A DNA stretch of 63,301 nt, counting the filler, from Octopus bimaculoides (taxonomy: Eukaryota), in NCBI RefSeq assembly GCF_001194135.2. It is 5 parts of 5 records of this genome, joined end to end, with 100 filler letters (N's around TTAATTAATTAA, not from the genome) between each part and the next. Parts side by side here need not be neighbours in the genome. Positions count along the whole stretch, not along the records: positions 25,364 to 46,626 come from NC_068984.1; 4 more parts are not named here. One strand, written 5' to 3'. The translations under genes were made by a program, and so were the position numbers. Numbering within the stretch: the stretch's first letter is position 1; every line of letters begins with the position of its first letter. Shown here piece after piece: positions 25,364 through 37,824 of the stretch. The notes under the pieces were generated by a model. That model did no database searches. It was not told the origin of the DNA and saw only the letters and a list, made by a program, of their open reading frames with translations.

Positions 25364-25810
25364 ATACACACAGATAGAGAAATTAAGGCCAATAGACCAG
25401 ATATAGTTGTCAAAGATCATGAAGAAAAAAATGCTTTCTAATTGATGTATCAATACCAGCAGATGACAACGTTTCTCTAAAAGAAATGGAAAAAACTTTC
25501 AAAATACAAAGACCTGGAAATAGACATCACTCGAATGTGGAATCTAAAAACAGAAACAATTCCTATCATAGTAAGTGCCTTAGGTATAATAAAAAATATT
25601 CAAACAAATACATAACAAAAACACCAGGACTTACAAATATATATAACATACAGAAAATTGCACTACTGGGTACTGCACACATTCTACGCAAAACACTTTC
25701 AATGCAGTAAACATAAGAGCACCACAGCAAACCACAGCACATACCCAAGGCGCACAGAGCTGCGCTCGGTAGTGAAGTGAAAGCACGTTATAAAAATAAA
25801 ACTACTGAAC
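25364..25810 (+). mobile_element. R4/Dong subfamily B, 3' fragment
   Basis: IHTDREIKANRPDIVVKD (frameshifted)..KTPGLTNIYNIQKIALLGTAHILRKTLSMQ*; ends actactgaac followed by (AAT)n. Confidence 0.92.
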
Positions 25811-25872
<62 letters not shown>

Positions 25873-28175
25873 AATTCATCGTATTAATAATCATTTCTAA
25901 AATAGACTCTAGGTTGCAGATGTTTTGGAGTAAGCGTACAGTTGATTACGTTGATCCCAATATTTGAATGGCATCCCTTTTTTGTTGACTTAGAATACTC
26001 GAAGCTAGCGTTAACTCCAGCGTTAGCTGAACTTCGAATGTAAACGGACGTAACTAAATACCACAAGATATATCGTAAGAAATTCTATCTATTCTGCTAA
26101 ACCACCAATATTCGCGACTGTCATTTAGTATATTTAAACGGCCTTCAATTGCTGTGTTCCTAGCATTAGACACCTTAACGTCCCATATTTTAAAGCTTTG
26201 AACATGTTTGATTTGTTCTGACCCATATATAATAGATTTTTACGACTGTCAGTTAATATCGTTAACTAATGCTGAGATGCTTTGAAGCAAGACTTAGAAT
26301 CCTCTTTACCAGTGATTTAATATATGTAAATAACCTGGAGTTGCTCTGAGCCATACTTTGTACACATTTGCTGCGCCATTTGATATCTTTAAATAACCTT
26401 CATTCAGCGTGAGCCATATATCACAAACATTTGCGCTGATATTTAATATCTTTAAACAATCTCAAGTCGCTATAAACGAGACATTAAAAACTATTCCAAT
26501 CCCCATTTAACATTTTAAAACAATCTTGAGTTTATGTGAACCATAAAATTTGTCAGTTTCGATTTAAGTTTCTCCCTGAAAACATCTTAAATGAATAACT
26601 AACTATCAGCTACGATCTACACTTGTGATCTCTGATTGATCAGTTCATTTGTCCATTCAAATACTTGCATATTTAAAATGCATTTATTGTGCTGCGTGTT
26701 CAAACAATTTGAAATACTATCACGAACGAAAAGCGTGTTTTATACACAAATAACTCTCTGATATTTGAAATACTTGCTTACATCTGCTACATGGCTGAAG
26801 TGCAATTTCCTGAAGTTTCAGGCATACAAACATTGCTCATATCATATGACTTTTAATGAGCACTGAAATATTGTGAATCATGTAATGAATTTATGTGAAA
26901 GCACTTAACATGCCATAATTAGAACTAGGGTGAGATCATCGCGGTTATTTGATCTGCAAATCTTTTCTGTTTTAGTAGCTCAAACACATTGTTATCGTTG
27001 TTGTTTAGCCCACAGGTCAGCACTGATTGAGCAAAACTATGATCAAAGAATTTCAGTCATAATTATTCTTTCTAACTTTATCAGATATATTGTATCTAGG
27101 ATTACATTATCCAGTGTTTTATTTTATCTTTTTTTTTACGAAGATTTGAGGGCAATTTGACTGCTATTCATAGTATGTCAACAGACTGTATAGCAGTTTC
27201 TTTGTTGACTCAATCGCAAATATATCTTTGGGTTGAGTAAAGTCTCAGTTAATTAATATATTCAATCATGTTTAGTTTTCTGCGAAGAATAATGGGAGGA
27301 CAAACTTGACATTTGTCACCAACTGAACAAAGCTAAAATCGGTAGTCAGTCGTTTACTCTATTGCCTCTGAGAGCCGAAGTTTCCTACCTTGTCCACTCT
27401 GTTGCTGAAGTTTTGTTTCAAACCAAAACAATTGAAAAAATGCCACTTGTAAGGTAGCCATATCGGCTGAAGCTAACTGAAGGTGGGCGCTGTTGACAAG
27501 GTACCGTGTGTGGAAACCTGCTGTAGGCGAAGACTAATTTAGTCTTCGGTGCATCAGTCAGGCGAGTCTAGAGGCTAAAGTGAACTCTCTGATCACCATG
27601 AAGATAAAGTGCCAATAACATGTTACGATTTAACCTGGATGGATTAAGATAGCATTAGTCATTAAGCCAAAACTATCTCTCCTTCACAGTGTATTTCTTT
27701 TTTTTTTTAATGCTCATTACATTAACACTATTATTTTTCATATGGTGGACGTATCTGAGTAATTAACATCAGTAATTTATTGACTGATATGTAGACTATC
27801 CCACTGAGAAGAGTTTCTGTGATTTTAAAAGTCATCGTAATTGATCGATTGTCCAATAAGGTCAAAACAGTATTATTTCAAGTGTTAAATCAGTATATTA
27901 TCTTAAAATAACTAAACTTTACTGCTGCTTGAGTGAAAAATATATACTTACTAAAAATATATAGAGTATATTTTTAAGAACCTAAGTAACTCACGAGATT
28001 AGCGTTCACACTCAAACCAACAACTTTCCATCGAAAGAATTGTTGACATACTCGAGATAAGAGACAGCTAACTGTAGGAGTTATAATATTTAAATAAGGA
28101 TAATTACTAGCACTAATATGCTGGCGATGGTTCATGTCAACCAAAATCTAATTTAAATTTTTTTTAAAGTGAATG

Positions 28176-30004
28176 TAGGGAAAGGCGGGGAAAGTCGACC
28201 ATAGGGTTAAGTTGAGTCACTACCTCCCAGCCAGTTATGAATGAGTCAACCAGAGCTGTAATGCCATTTACGGATGACAAATTGCATTACTTCAAACCCC
28301 ACCATATCGTTTTCTAGATTGAAATAGAAACTAATGTTACTGAGCGAAAAATCGTATTTTTAGCCATAAAAGTAAAAAATGTGTGAAACAGGCAAGTGCA
28401 TATTTCTCTTCCATATGCAACATAGATGTGATATAGCTATCAGATAACAATTGTTACTACAGGTATGGGTGCCAACGCTTGACATAACCTTTCACATAAA
28501 TGATGTATAGGATAGGTTATGTGTATATGTGAAGACACCTCAGGAAGTTCAGACAACCATGACACCCACATATCTCTCACAATGCTGTTAACACTGCAAG
28601 GTCTCATGGTATTTTCCAGCTGATGATACCACCTAACACTTCACGTAACCTTCAGCCTCTCGATCGAACAATATATAGGCTACTTTAAGACAATCTTCGA
28701 AATTTCAACTCTAGTGAACGAAGCCAAAATGATGCTCCCGATGCCATCGGACATTATTTGAAGTGACAGATATCCATTCATTCAACAGGAAGATCTTTAG
28801 TGGAACACGCTTTGCCCCTCCTTCCCTCTTGTGAGCAAGAAGATGCTGCTGCAGATGGCACCAAAGTGAACCCCACCCCTGAAAATGCCAGGCAACTAGA
28901 TAAGACTCCAGTTGCTGACTTGTCAAGTGATGTTGTCTATCCACAACGAGCAGATGACGTTAAACCATTCACCTCCGGCAATCCTGATTCACCCAATCTG
29001 CAGGATGTCATGCCTCGTCCATACGTATCACCATCTGATGTTCACCGATTTCCGAAAGCAAGAGCGAGTAAACAAAAGAAAGCTGGTCGCAAAAATGACA
29101 GCATAAAGATTCTGACTGACATCCCAGAACGCCAAGAGCTTGTAGCCGTATCTGAAAACCACAAACGGAAGGCATCTACCAAGAAGCCAAAGAGATGTTT
29201 CTTCAAAGCTAAAGGGGAAAAAAGCTTGTTCTCTAAACTCCAAAACTCCTAGTTCCAATGAGGCAGATGATAATTCAGAAGTTGAGTACGATGACAAATC
29301 AGACGTGAACAGTGACACTGATATCAATGAACGTGACTTTGTGGTTGTCAAATATTCTGGTAAATCACGATTTGTGTATTACTTGCTCAGGTTATTGTAT
29401 TCAATGGAAAGGAATTTCTGTTTGAAGATGCCTTCCTGCAAAAGGTTGCTCGAAGAATTGGACCTGACAACCCAGTGTTTGTTCCAAACCCAAAGGTTGA
29501 AGCAGGCTTTAAACTGGAAGACATTGAGTATAAGCTGCCACAGCTTGAAAACATTGTCAGTTCTGCCAGTTGCTCTGGTCAGCATGTGTTTAACTGTGAC
29601 TAATCAGTGTAGAAACTTAATTGACTTGATTTCTGACATCTAGTCTCATATCAAAATGAAGTTGTCATTGATGAGCAAGATATTGTGCCTTAATCGGACT
29701 TGAATTTCTGGGTGTATTTGTGATACTTTTTGGTTAATTTTGACTTGAAGCTGTGGCAGCTGAATTGAGTTGACTTTTCTTACTAAAGACGACAATCTCG
29801 ACTTCTCTATGAGTTAATTTGTTTTTTACTGACTGCTATAACCATGAGCACAAGGTTATCATTTCGTTCAGTGTTGTAGTTACATTAAATATATTTTTCA
29901 GGCAGAAAAATGGTTATTGTACGTCAGTTATCTTTATTTGGGGTTCTAATCAACTTACCCGTCTGTGGCACAACTTATCCCAGAAACTGGATGAACTTAC
30001 CCTA
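28176..30004 (+). mobile_element. Decayed pogo/Tigger-like (DDE_1) DNA transposon
   Basis: DNHDTHIS..IPPNTSRNLQPLDRTIY at about 28550-28690, FNRKIF..FAP, and SPSDVHRFPKA..ILTDIPE in ORF 28800-29252; imperfect terminal inverted similarity (gggttaagttgagtcac vs gtggcacaacttatccc). Confidence 0.75.
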
Positions 30005-31247
30005 TTGACGAGGAAAGTTGAGCCGTTATTTCAAAGGCCACGATGACTTTCAGTGCTGGGATAGAAAGCTAGAACTAGCTACAAATATTTCCCAAGGGTT
30101 AAATTTGAAGACAAGATACTCATTTCTGCAAGTTCATCAGTTTACTAGTATAAGGGAATTTTGAGACACTTTCATGTTTTGACTCAATTTTGTGGCTCTT
30201 ATTAAAACCTGCCTCGCAAGACTCATGAATCTAACAAGAATATGAGGTCTCCTTTAAAAAAAATCAGCAAACAAATTATTTGCTGATGTGTGCGGGTCTC
30301 TGTCAAGCAGATGATATTTCAAGGGATGCAGGCAGAACATCCAAGATCCAAACAATATTCTATCTATTATATTTTTTATATATATTCTGTCAGATTAAAA
30401 TTTGAATGTCTGATCACTGCTGTTTTTAAGCTTATCACAAAGATTAGTATTAAAATAGATGGCATTGGATAATATGTACTATTCCTAAAAAACAAAACTA
30501 AAGATTAACAACAACAGGACATGGCTCGTGCTAGAATTTCTATGATAATACATCTACTCTGTTAAAACAGAGTTTGTGCAAAGCAGAACCTCAGCAGCAA
30601 CAGTAGAAACAATAACAAATTCGCTACATTTTCTTTCTAACTTTGCAAGTACTGTACCTTCTAGATCATTAACAAAATTATTACAGGACACCATTTTTGC
30701 CGTTTCATCAGAGAAAGGTTGGCAACATCCGCAAATCGTTAATCTTTTCAAGGTTTCCAAGGTACTTAGGAAGGAAGGAGTAAGTCATCCTAAAACTGGA
30801 AACCTACAGAAGAAACTTGCAGCAGAATAAACTCCACTAAAGCAACTCCAGTACCAGCAATTGGTGTTAAACCGGGTGAGAACTTAAATCTACCGTTCTC
30901 TTAGATATCAATCACTCTTAGCTGAATTAAGTATCATTCTTTTGAAAACGGTTGTAAGTCAATAAATAATATTGATGAATACAGATTCGTAGCATTTAAG
31001 AATAATGTTAATGAATGCAGACTGATTGTCTGCATTTAAATTAAAAAAACAAAACACGGTATTAATTATGATTTATAAATTATAGTTTAAAATTTAATAA
31101 TCTAACAGGAAATATTAATTATAGTATACAGTACATTTTTGTACGACATTTGAGTGACAGAATATTGCTAATTATTGATCAATTATATAAGTTTTATTTT
31201 TTATATTTCTTTGTATTAATATCTTACACAGTATGTATATATATATG

Positions 31248-31374
<127 letters not shown>

Positions 31375-31603
31375 AGATATATATATGTATATATAGCTTG
31401 AAATCATAGATATGTTTGTATGTATATATGCATGTATGTATGTATGCATGTATGTATATATGTATGTATATATGTATGTATGTATGTATGTATGATCTAT
31501 GTATATATGTATGTAGACACACACACGTGTATAATTATGCGTATTTATATATTCTATAAATAATGTATACAATATACATATATATATTTATGTATATAGT
31601 TTA

Positions 31604-31658
<55 letters not shown>

Positions 31659-31714
31659 GTAAACATAAAATGGAGAAATATTGATCAACAACAATTGACT
31701 AACATCAATCATTG

Positions 31715-31884
31715 GGTACATTACTGGTTACGGTTAAAAATTAAATGCTCCATATGTGCAATGTCCCCATCATCAGGATGGTGTCCATCGTACGATGGTA
31801 GTCACCACGGAGGACATCATCCTGATGATGGGGACATTGCATATATGGAGTATCTAAATTTTAACCGGGACCGGCAATGTACCT
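31715..31884. repeat. Long inverted repeat (arms about 72 bp: 31715-31786 and 31812-31884)
   Basis: Inner arms 31746-31786 and 31812-31852 match at 38/41; outer arms match with more mismatches; the spacer region contains the palindrome CCATCGTACGATGG. Confidence 0.95.
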
Positions 31885-31903
31885 GTGAAACGGCCGTAGA
31901 TGG
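31817..31903 (+). ncRNA. Type I hammerhead-ribozyme motif (Penelope-like pLTR type)
   Basis: Stem I tcatc/gatgg; CTGATGA 31822-31828; stem II tggggacattgc/gcaatgtacctg; GAAA 31887-31890; palindromic helix III ACGGCCGT; predicted cleavage after GTA (31898). Confidence 0.7.
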
Positions 31904-32448
31904 AACACTCTCCTATTTTCGGATCCTATTGTATTTATTTTACTTAACCTTGATATCTTGCATAATTTCTATCTTATATTCTGGATGTATAAGGCAATTT
32001 TAGACGATTTAGGCGGTTTGCCATTTTGAAGGTTGATGTTTTTATTGCTATATTTATTGCTATATTTTATTCCTATATTATTATTTTTATTCCTATATTT
32101 ATCGTTTTGCACCTCCTATATTTGTCACGCATAAATCTTTTTATGTAATCATTATTGATATGTAATTTATATGTATTTTATATGTTTTTATATTTTTTCT
32201 ATACTTTTATGTATGTTTGGTGTTATTCTTTATACCCTTGAAGAATGTTTACGCCTGTACATGCATGATTTATATTGATGTGTATAAATATATATGATTC
32301 AATTACATTTATTGAATATCTTCATTTATGCGTTCGGTAATCTGTTTGACTGCGTATGATTTGTGTTTTCAATTTCCTCTACTCTGTATATTTTCGCATT
32401 GGATCTCTATGAGCACTCCGTAAATAGCCCATACTTTCTATACCATAC

Positions 32449-32494
<46 letters not shown>

Positions 32495-35207
32495 NNNNNN
32501 NNNNNNNNNNNNNNNNNNNNNNNNNNNNNNNNNNNNNNNNNNNNNNNNNNNNNNNNNNNNNNNNNNNNNNNNNNNNNNNNNNNNNNNNNNNNNNNNNNNN
32601 NNNNNNNNNNNNNNNNNNNNNNNNNNNNNNNNNNNNNNNNNNNNNNNNNNNNNNNNNNNNNNNNNNNNNNNNNNNNNNNNNNNNNNNNNNNNNNNNNNNN
32701 NNNNNNNNNNNNNNNNNNNNNNNNNNNNNNNNNNNNNNNNNNNNNNNNNNNNNNNNNNNNNNNNNNNNNNNNNNNNNNNNNNNNNNNNNNNNNNNNNNNN
32801 NNNNNNNNNNNNNNNNNNNNNNNNNNNNNNNNNNNNNNNNNNNNNNNNNNNNNNNNNNNNNNNNNNNNNNNNNNNNNNNNNNNNNNNNNNNNNNNNNNNN
32901 NNNNNNNNNNNNNNNNNNNNNNNNNNNNNNNNNNNNNNNNNNNNNNNNNNNNNNNNNNNNNNNNNNNNNNNNNNNNNNNNNNNNNNNNNNNNNNNNNNNN
33001 NNNNNNNNNNNNNNNNNNNNNNNNNNNNNNNNNNNNNNNNNNNNNNNNNNNNNNNNNNNNNNNNNNNNNNNNNNNNNNNNNNNNNNNNNNNNNNNNNNNN
33101 NNNNNNNNNNNNNNNNNNNNNNNNNNNNNNNNNNNNNNNNNNNNNNNNNNNNNNNNNNNNNNNNNNNNNNNNNNNNNNNNNNNNNNNNNNNNNNNNNNNN
33201 NNNNNTATATATATAGCTTAATGCTAATAATGATAATGGTTTCCAAATTAGGGACAATGCCTGCAATTTGGAAAGGAGTTAGTCGCTTAAATACAGCCTA
33301 CTCTGCATAATAGACTTTGACGGGATTCCAATGACCGTTGTCTTTTAATACATACAATAAACTGAGGATAGAGCTCGATTAGCTTCTGTAATGTAATAAA
33401 AATTATGTATTCAGGTTTAATAAAAAATGTAGTTTATCGTGTGTACGATGTGTTTTCCCATTATATCTCCCTCTCATTCCGCCAAACTCTTTCTCTGCTC
33501 CCTCAATTTTTTCTGCTCTTTTCCTTTTTCCATCTAAGCTTCTCTTGTGATGTTTTATGTATAATTCTATCTGAAGTATTCGTCATCCAGTAAAGTCTTA
33601 TATATAACTCAAATTTTAGTGTTGAGTACGTTTTTACCCTTCCTTTTCGCACTTTATAATGCAGACTCACATATATACATATATGATATATAATGTTAAT
33701 GCATTGAGAATTAGGTTGTTTTATCTGCTACAAATCATCAAATTAAATTTTATCTCTGGCATGTAGATTATATACGTTTTGTAATTATTACAGATATAAA
33801 GAGCTATTGAAATATCAGTAAAAAGTAGTAGAAGTGCATGAATTTATGAATAAAAAGCCTATTGATATATGCATATTAAATAACCAGGTTATTATAAACG
33901 TTGTTATTTTTCTAAAATTCATAATGATGCATAGATTTTCTCTGTGCTAGAAATACATAAATTTTAATTAAATAGAATAGGTGGCATTATTTTCTTATAT
34001 ATATATTTGTCAAAAATGTGTTGAATACATTCGATATAATTTCGATAAGTTATTTACTTTCGTTGTTTAATTTTAGAATATTAATTTTAAACATGCATTG
34101 TCGAAAGCCAGATCTTATAAGTATGAAGCATGCAGTCAATTCGGGTAAAGCATAAAACTGACTAGTCAAAATACTCAGAAAAAAAAATCGTAAATTCAGC
34201 ACTAACATCTATAATGTATGCGAAGAAATATTGATTAATTAAAATTAGACATGCGAGAAGACCCAATGATTATGTTAAGTCAAACTGTTGACAACTAATT
34301 CAAGCGAGACAACTATTACAATTTGAATTAAAAACAGAATCCAATGGCGTTTATGTCCATTTTTATAACTGAAACTTATGCATTATTCAAGGAAGTTACC
34401 TCATAGAATCTTGCTAAAAATAATTCGGTTACTTATGACTAAAATTGTAATGCAATTGCGTAAATAAGAATAATTGTCAATTAGATGCAAATCTCTTAAT
34501 TAATAATTAATTAATTAATAAACTAATGTAACATTAGAATTCCCTCTTCTAAATATAAGTTTGACAGCCAATAATACATTTATAAGTTTAACAGTCAACA
34601 ATACGTATAAGTTTAACAGTCAATGAATCAAAGGTTAAATATCATATGCATATTCATTCGTTTCGGAATCGCGCTAGGAGAAGTTTAAGTTTATTATTGG
34701 CATACATCTTTAATTTGAAAAGCTGGGAAGCTCTGGCAAAGGCCAATCATAGTATGGAAATAAATGATCAGAATATTTATACGTTACTGAAGCAACGGAG
34801 ACTTTTTGGCTAAGCGCTCAATTCTGAATAGGAATTTTGTAATGAATTCGAGTGGTTATTAGAAGATTTGAAAAACTACAATTCAGCCAATATCGCATCT
34901 TAATGAATGACGGCTATAAGGATTTCTGTACAATACAAATTGTCTATCATGTTTTAATTGTATACAGAACTGGGAATGCAAAAGTATATATGTATATATG
35001 TATAAGTCTTGTATTTGCCGTGTCCGTGCTTTCAATTATTTTAGGGCTTATATAAATCTAAAATATAAATCATCGTCTAAAATAGAAATGCAAAGATCCT
35101 ATTTTATGATTCAGTGCGGCCATGAGATAGAGTACAGGAAGCCATTTAAGGAAGGATAGGAAAATATTAGATTTATAAGCCCTAAAATTGACTCCATAAT
35201 TACCCAC

Positions 35208-35282
35208 GGGCATATGGCATAGTGGTTAAGAGCGCGGGCTGCTAACACCAAGATTCCGAGTTCTATTCCAAACAGTGACCTG
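35208..35282 (+). mobile_element. tRNA-derived (Ser-like) Pol III head of a short retroelement
   Basis: A box tggcatagtgg, gtggttaag, ctgctaa loop (GCT), B box gagttctattcc; runs directly into (AAT)n; no complete cloverleaf, so not a functional tRNA. Confidence 0.75.
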
Positions 35283-35379
35283 AATAATAATAAGAATAAT
35301 AGCAACAACAACAACAATGAAAATAATAATAATTATAATAATTATTGATAATAATAATAATAATAATAATAGTAATAAT

Positions 35380-36158
35380 GAAAGATTGCAAAGTAAAACA
35401 CTATACAAGAAATTGAAAATAGGTGGGTAAAGAAAAGAATGCATGGCAAATTTCATAGGGATGTTAAAGATAAGACAGACAGCGAAAAAAGATGGCTGTG
35501 GAGGACTAAAAGTGATTTAAAACCGGAATTGGAGGCTCTAATCTGTGCTGCCTAAGAGCAAGCACTAAGAACAAACGACATAGAATACAGAATAGACAAC
35601 ACAGCGGTTAATGCAAAAACTGTGGACAAAACGCTGAAACCATATTCCATATTACCAGCCAATGTACGCCACAAACCCAGAAGGAATATAAGAGACGCCA
35701 CAACAATATGGCCAGGCTTGTCCATTGGACACTTTGCAATAAGTTTGGAGAACAAAAAGTTGGTACGACCACAAACTTGAAGGCATCGTCGAAAATAGAA
35801 ATGCAAAGATCCTATGGGATCATATGATTCAGTGCGACCATGAGACAGAGAACAAGAAGCCGGACATAGTCTTGATTGAGAAAGAAAACAAACTATGCTG
35901 GATCATAGATATAGCATGCAACAAGGTATGCGATGAGGAAGAAAGAAAAGAGAGATATGACAGGTTAGCTTGGGAAGTTAAGCAGTTGTGGTCGATGAAA
36001 AAGTGAGCAAAAATCTCGAGAATTACGTGGAACAAATAGGGGCTGCAACAAGGTTGAAGCACTTGCAGAAAACAGCACTGCTGGGAGTTACATTAGTTCA
36101 CTGGTAGTGAACAGCTGACACTGTAGTACATCTCCAGCGTTAGAAGCTGTGCAAAGGC
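35380..36158 (+). mobile_element. R4/Dong subfamily A, 5'-truncated
   Basis: Collinear with 9115-10013 (MIQCDHETENKKPDIVLIEKE..WIIDIAC); ends gaagctgtgcaaaggc; (AAT)n on both sides. Confidence 0.92.
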
Positions 36159-36274
36159 AATAATGATAATAATAATAATAATGATAATAATAATAATAAT
36201 ATTAATAATAATAATAGTAATAATAACATCGAAAATACCTTAGAAATGAGAATCCAGGTTCAAAATTTCCCCAA

Positions 36275-36320
36275 GACACCTGATGAAGGCTGGAAAGTAT
36301 ATAAACCGAAACGTTGTGTT
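36275..36320 (+). ncRNA. Minimal type I hammerhead-ribozyme motif in a Penelope-like tail (about 36225-36385)
   Basis: Stem I gacac/gtgtt; CTGATGA 36280-36286; extra A; stem II gg../..cc, partly decayed; GAAA 36308-36311; palindromic ACGT helix III; GTT triplet; downstream aatgtaaat repeats. Confidence 0.68.
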
Positions 36321-36780
36321 AACAACAAACAAGATGAGGACAAATATCCATCAAATGTAAATAATGTAATTAATGTAAATAATGTTTATACTTTTTGTTT
36401 TCCCCCAATATAAGCAAAAAATGATAGGCAGAGGCACAATATAAGAGTGCACCTTTGATATCAGTGCCACTCTAATGTTTAAAACCGTAAATGCTCACAT
36501 GGAAATTTATCATGAATTGAGGTTAAAAGCAGAGTAGGTGCAGAAACAGTTGTAACTGGTCATTAAATACATGATAAACTCGTTCTTTGCCTTCTTATTT
36601 GGATTATATATATATATTCTTCTTCTTCTTCTTAGTGTCGCATGGTTTTGGTTTTCAAATGTTTTTTTTTTTATAATTTGAGAAAGAAATAATAAAAAAA
36701 GACTAAAAATCAATGATTCTTTGTATTAATTTATCAAGTTTCTTCTGACATATTGCAGTTATATATGTGATGTGATGTGA

Positions 36781-36812
<32 letters not shown>

Positions 36813-36984
36813 TGTGTGTATGTGTGTGCGTGTGCGTATGTGTAAAAAAATCAAAGTATTTGAAAAAGAAAACTTGAGATAACGACAGTTATTTGCATTG
36901 CCAGTTCATATTCATTAGTGATGTGATATGTCATATCTCCCAATCTTTAAGTTTGCCAAGATATACATACATGCATAATACCTG

Positions 36985-37075
<91 letters not shown>

Positions 37076-37730
37076 ATATATGTATATATATATGTATATG
37101 TATATATACATACATACATACATACACATGTATGTATATATATATATATATATAGCTATGATCATTTTTAATTCACTTAGTATTTACTCTTAAGATTGCC
37201 GTGATGAGATTTAAGCAAATACTTTTGGTGCACTGCAGAACGCGCGGTGATTTTGTTTTAATTTTCTTTGTTTTCTTTTAAGAAAATTAGATGCCTTACT
37301 CTAAATGGCTTTATTTTATACTTGGTGCACTCATTTGAAGAATTTCTTTCGTTGATTTAATGAAAGATTAATGCTAATGATTGGTATAAAACAACAACTT
37401 CCCCTCCTTCAGATCTAAACTACTAAGAGCCAAAACAATAAATAAATAAATAAATAAATAACACGAGAACAAACTCAAATGAAACAAAACTAATACGCAA
37501 AGAATTAGATAAACAAAGAGACAAACTTGATGCTGTAGAGTATTTCCGATAAAGAAAATAAAAATACGCATTTAATTACATTACAGATATTTGAAAATAA
37601 CTTACGTAAATTCAACAACGAAATAGCTTGACCTTAACCTGACTTTCTGTTCTCTTGAGTGGAAGCTGTTGACGGTATATCATATAATACATGTAGATTT
37701 CGATTAAGCATTATTTATATTATTTAGTAT

Positions 37731-37824
<94 letters not shown>

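Noticed and set aside
31746-31852. Hairpin as a microRNA precursor
   Set aside because: It is better explained as an inverted duplication of a hammerhead-bearing repeat, since the homology extends beyond the inner stem; miRNA status needs small-RNA data.
35208-35282. Possible functional tRNA-Ser gene
   Set aside because: No paired acceptor stem, no long variable arm, mutated B box and no oligo-T terminator; better explained as a retroelement head.
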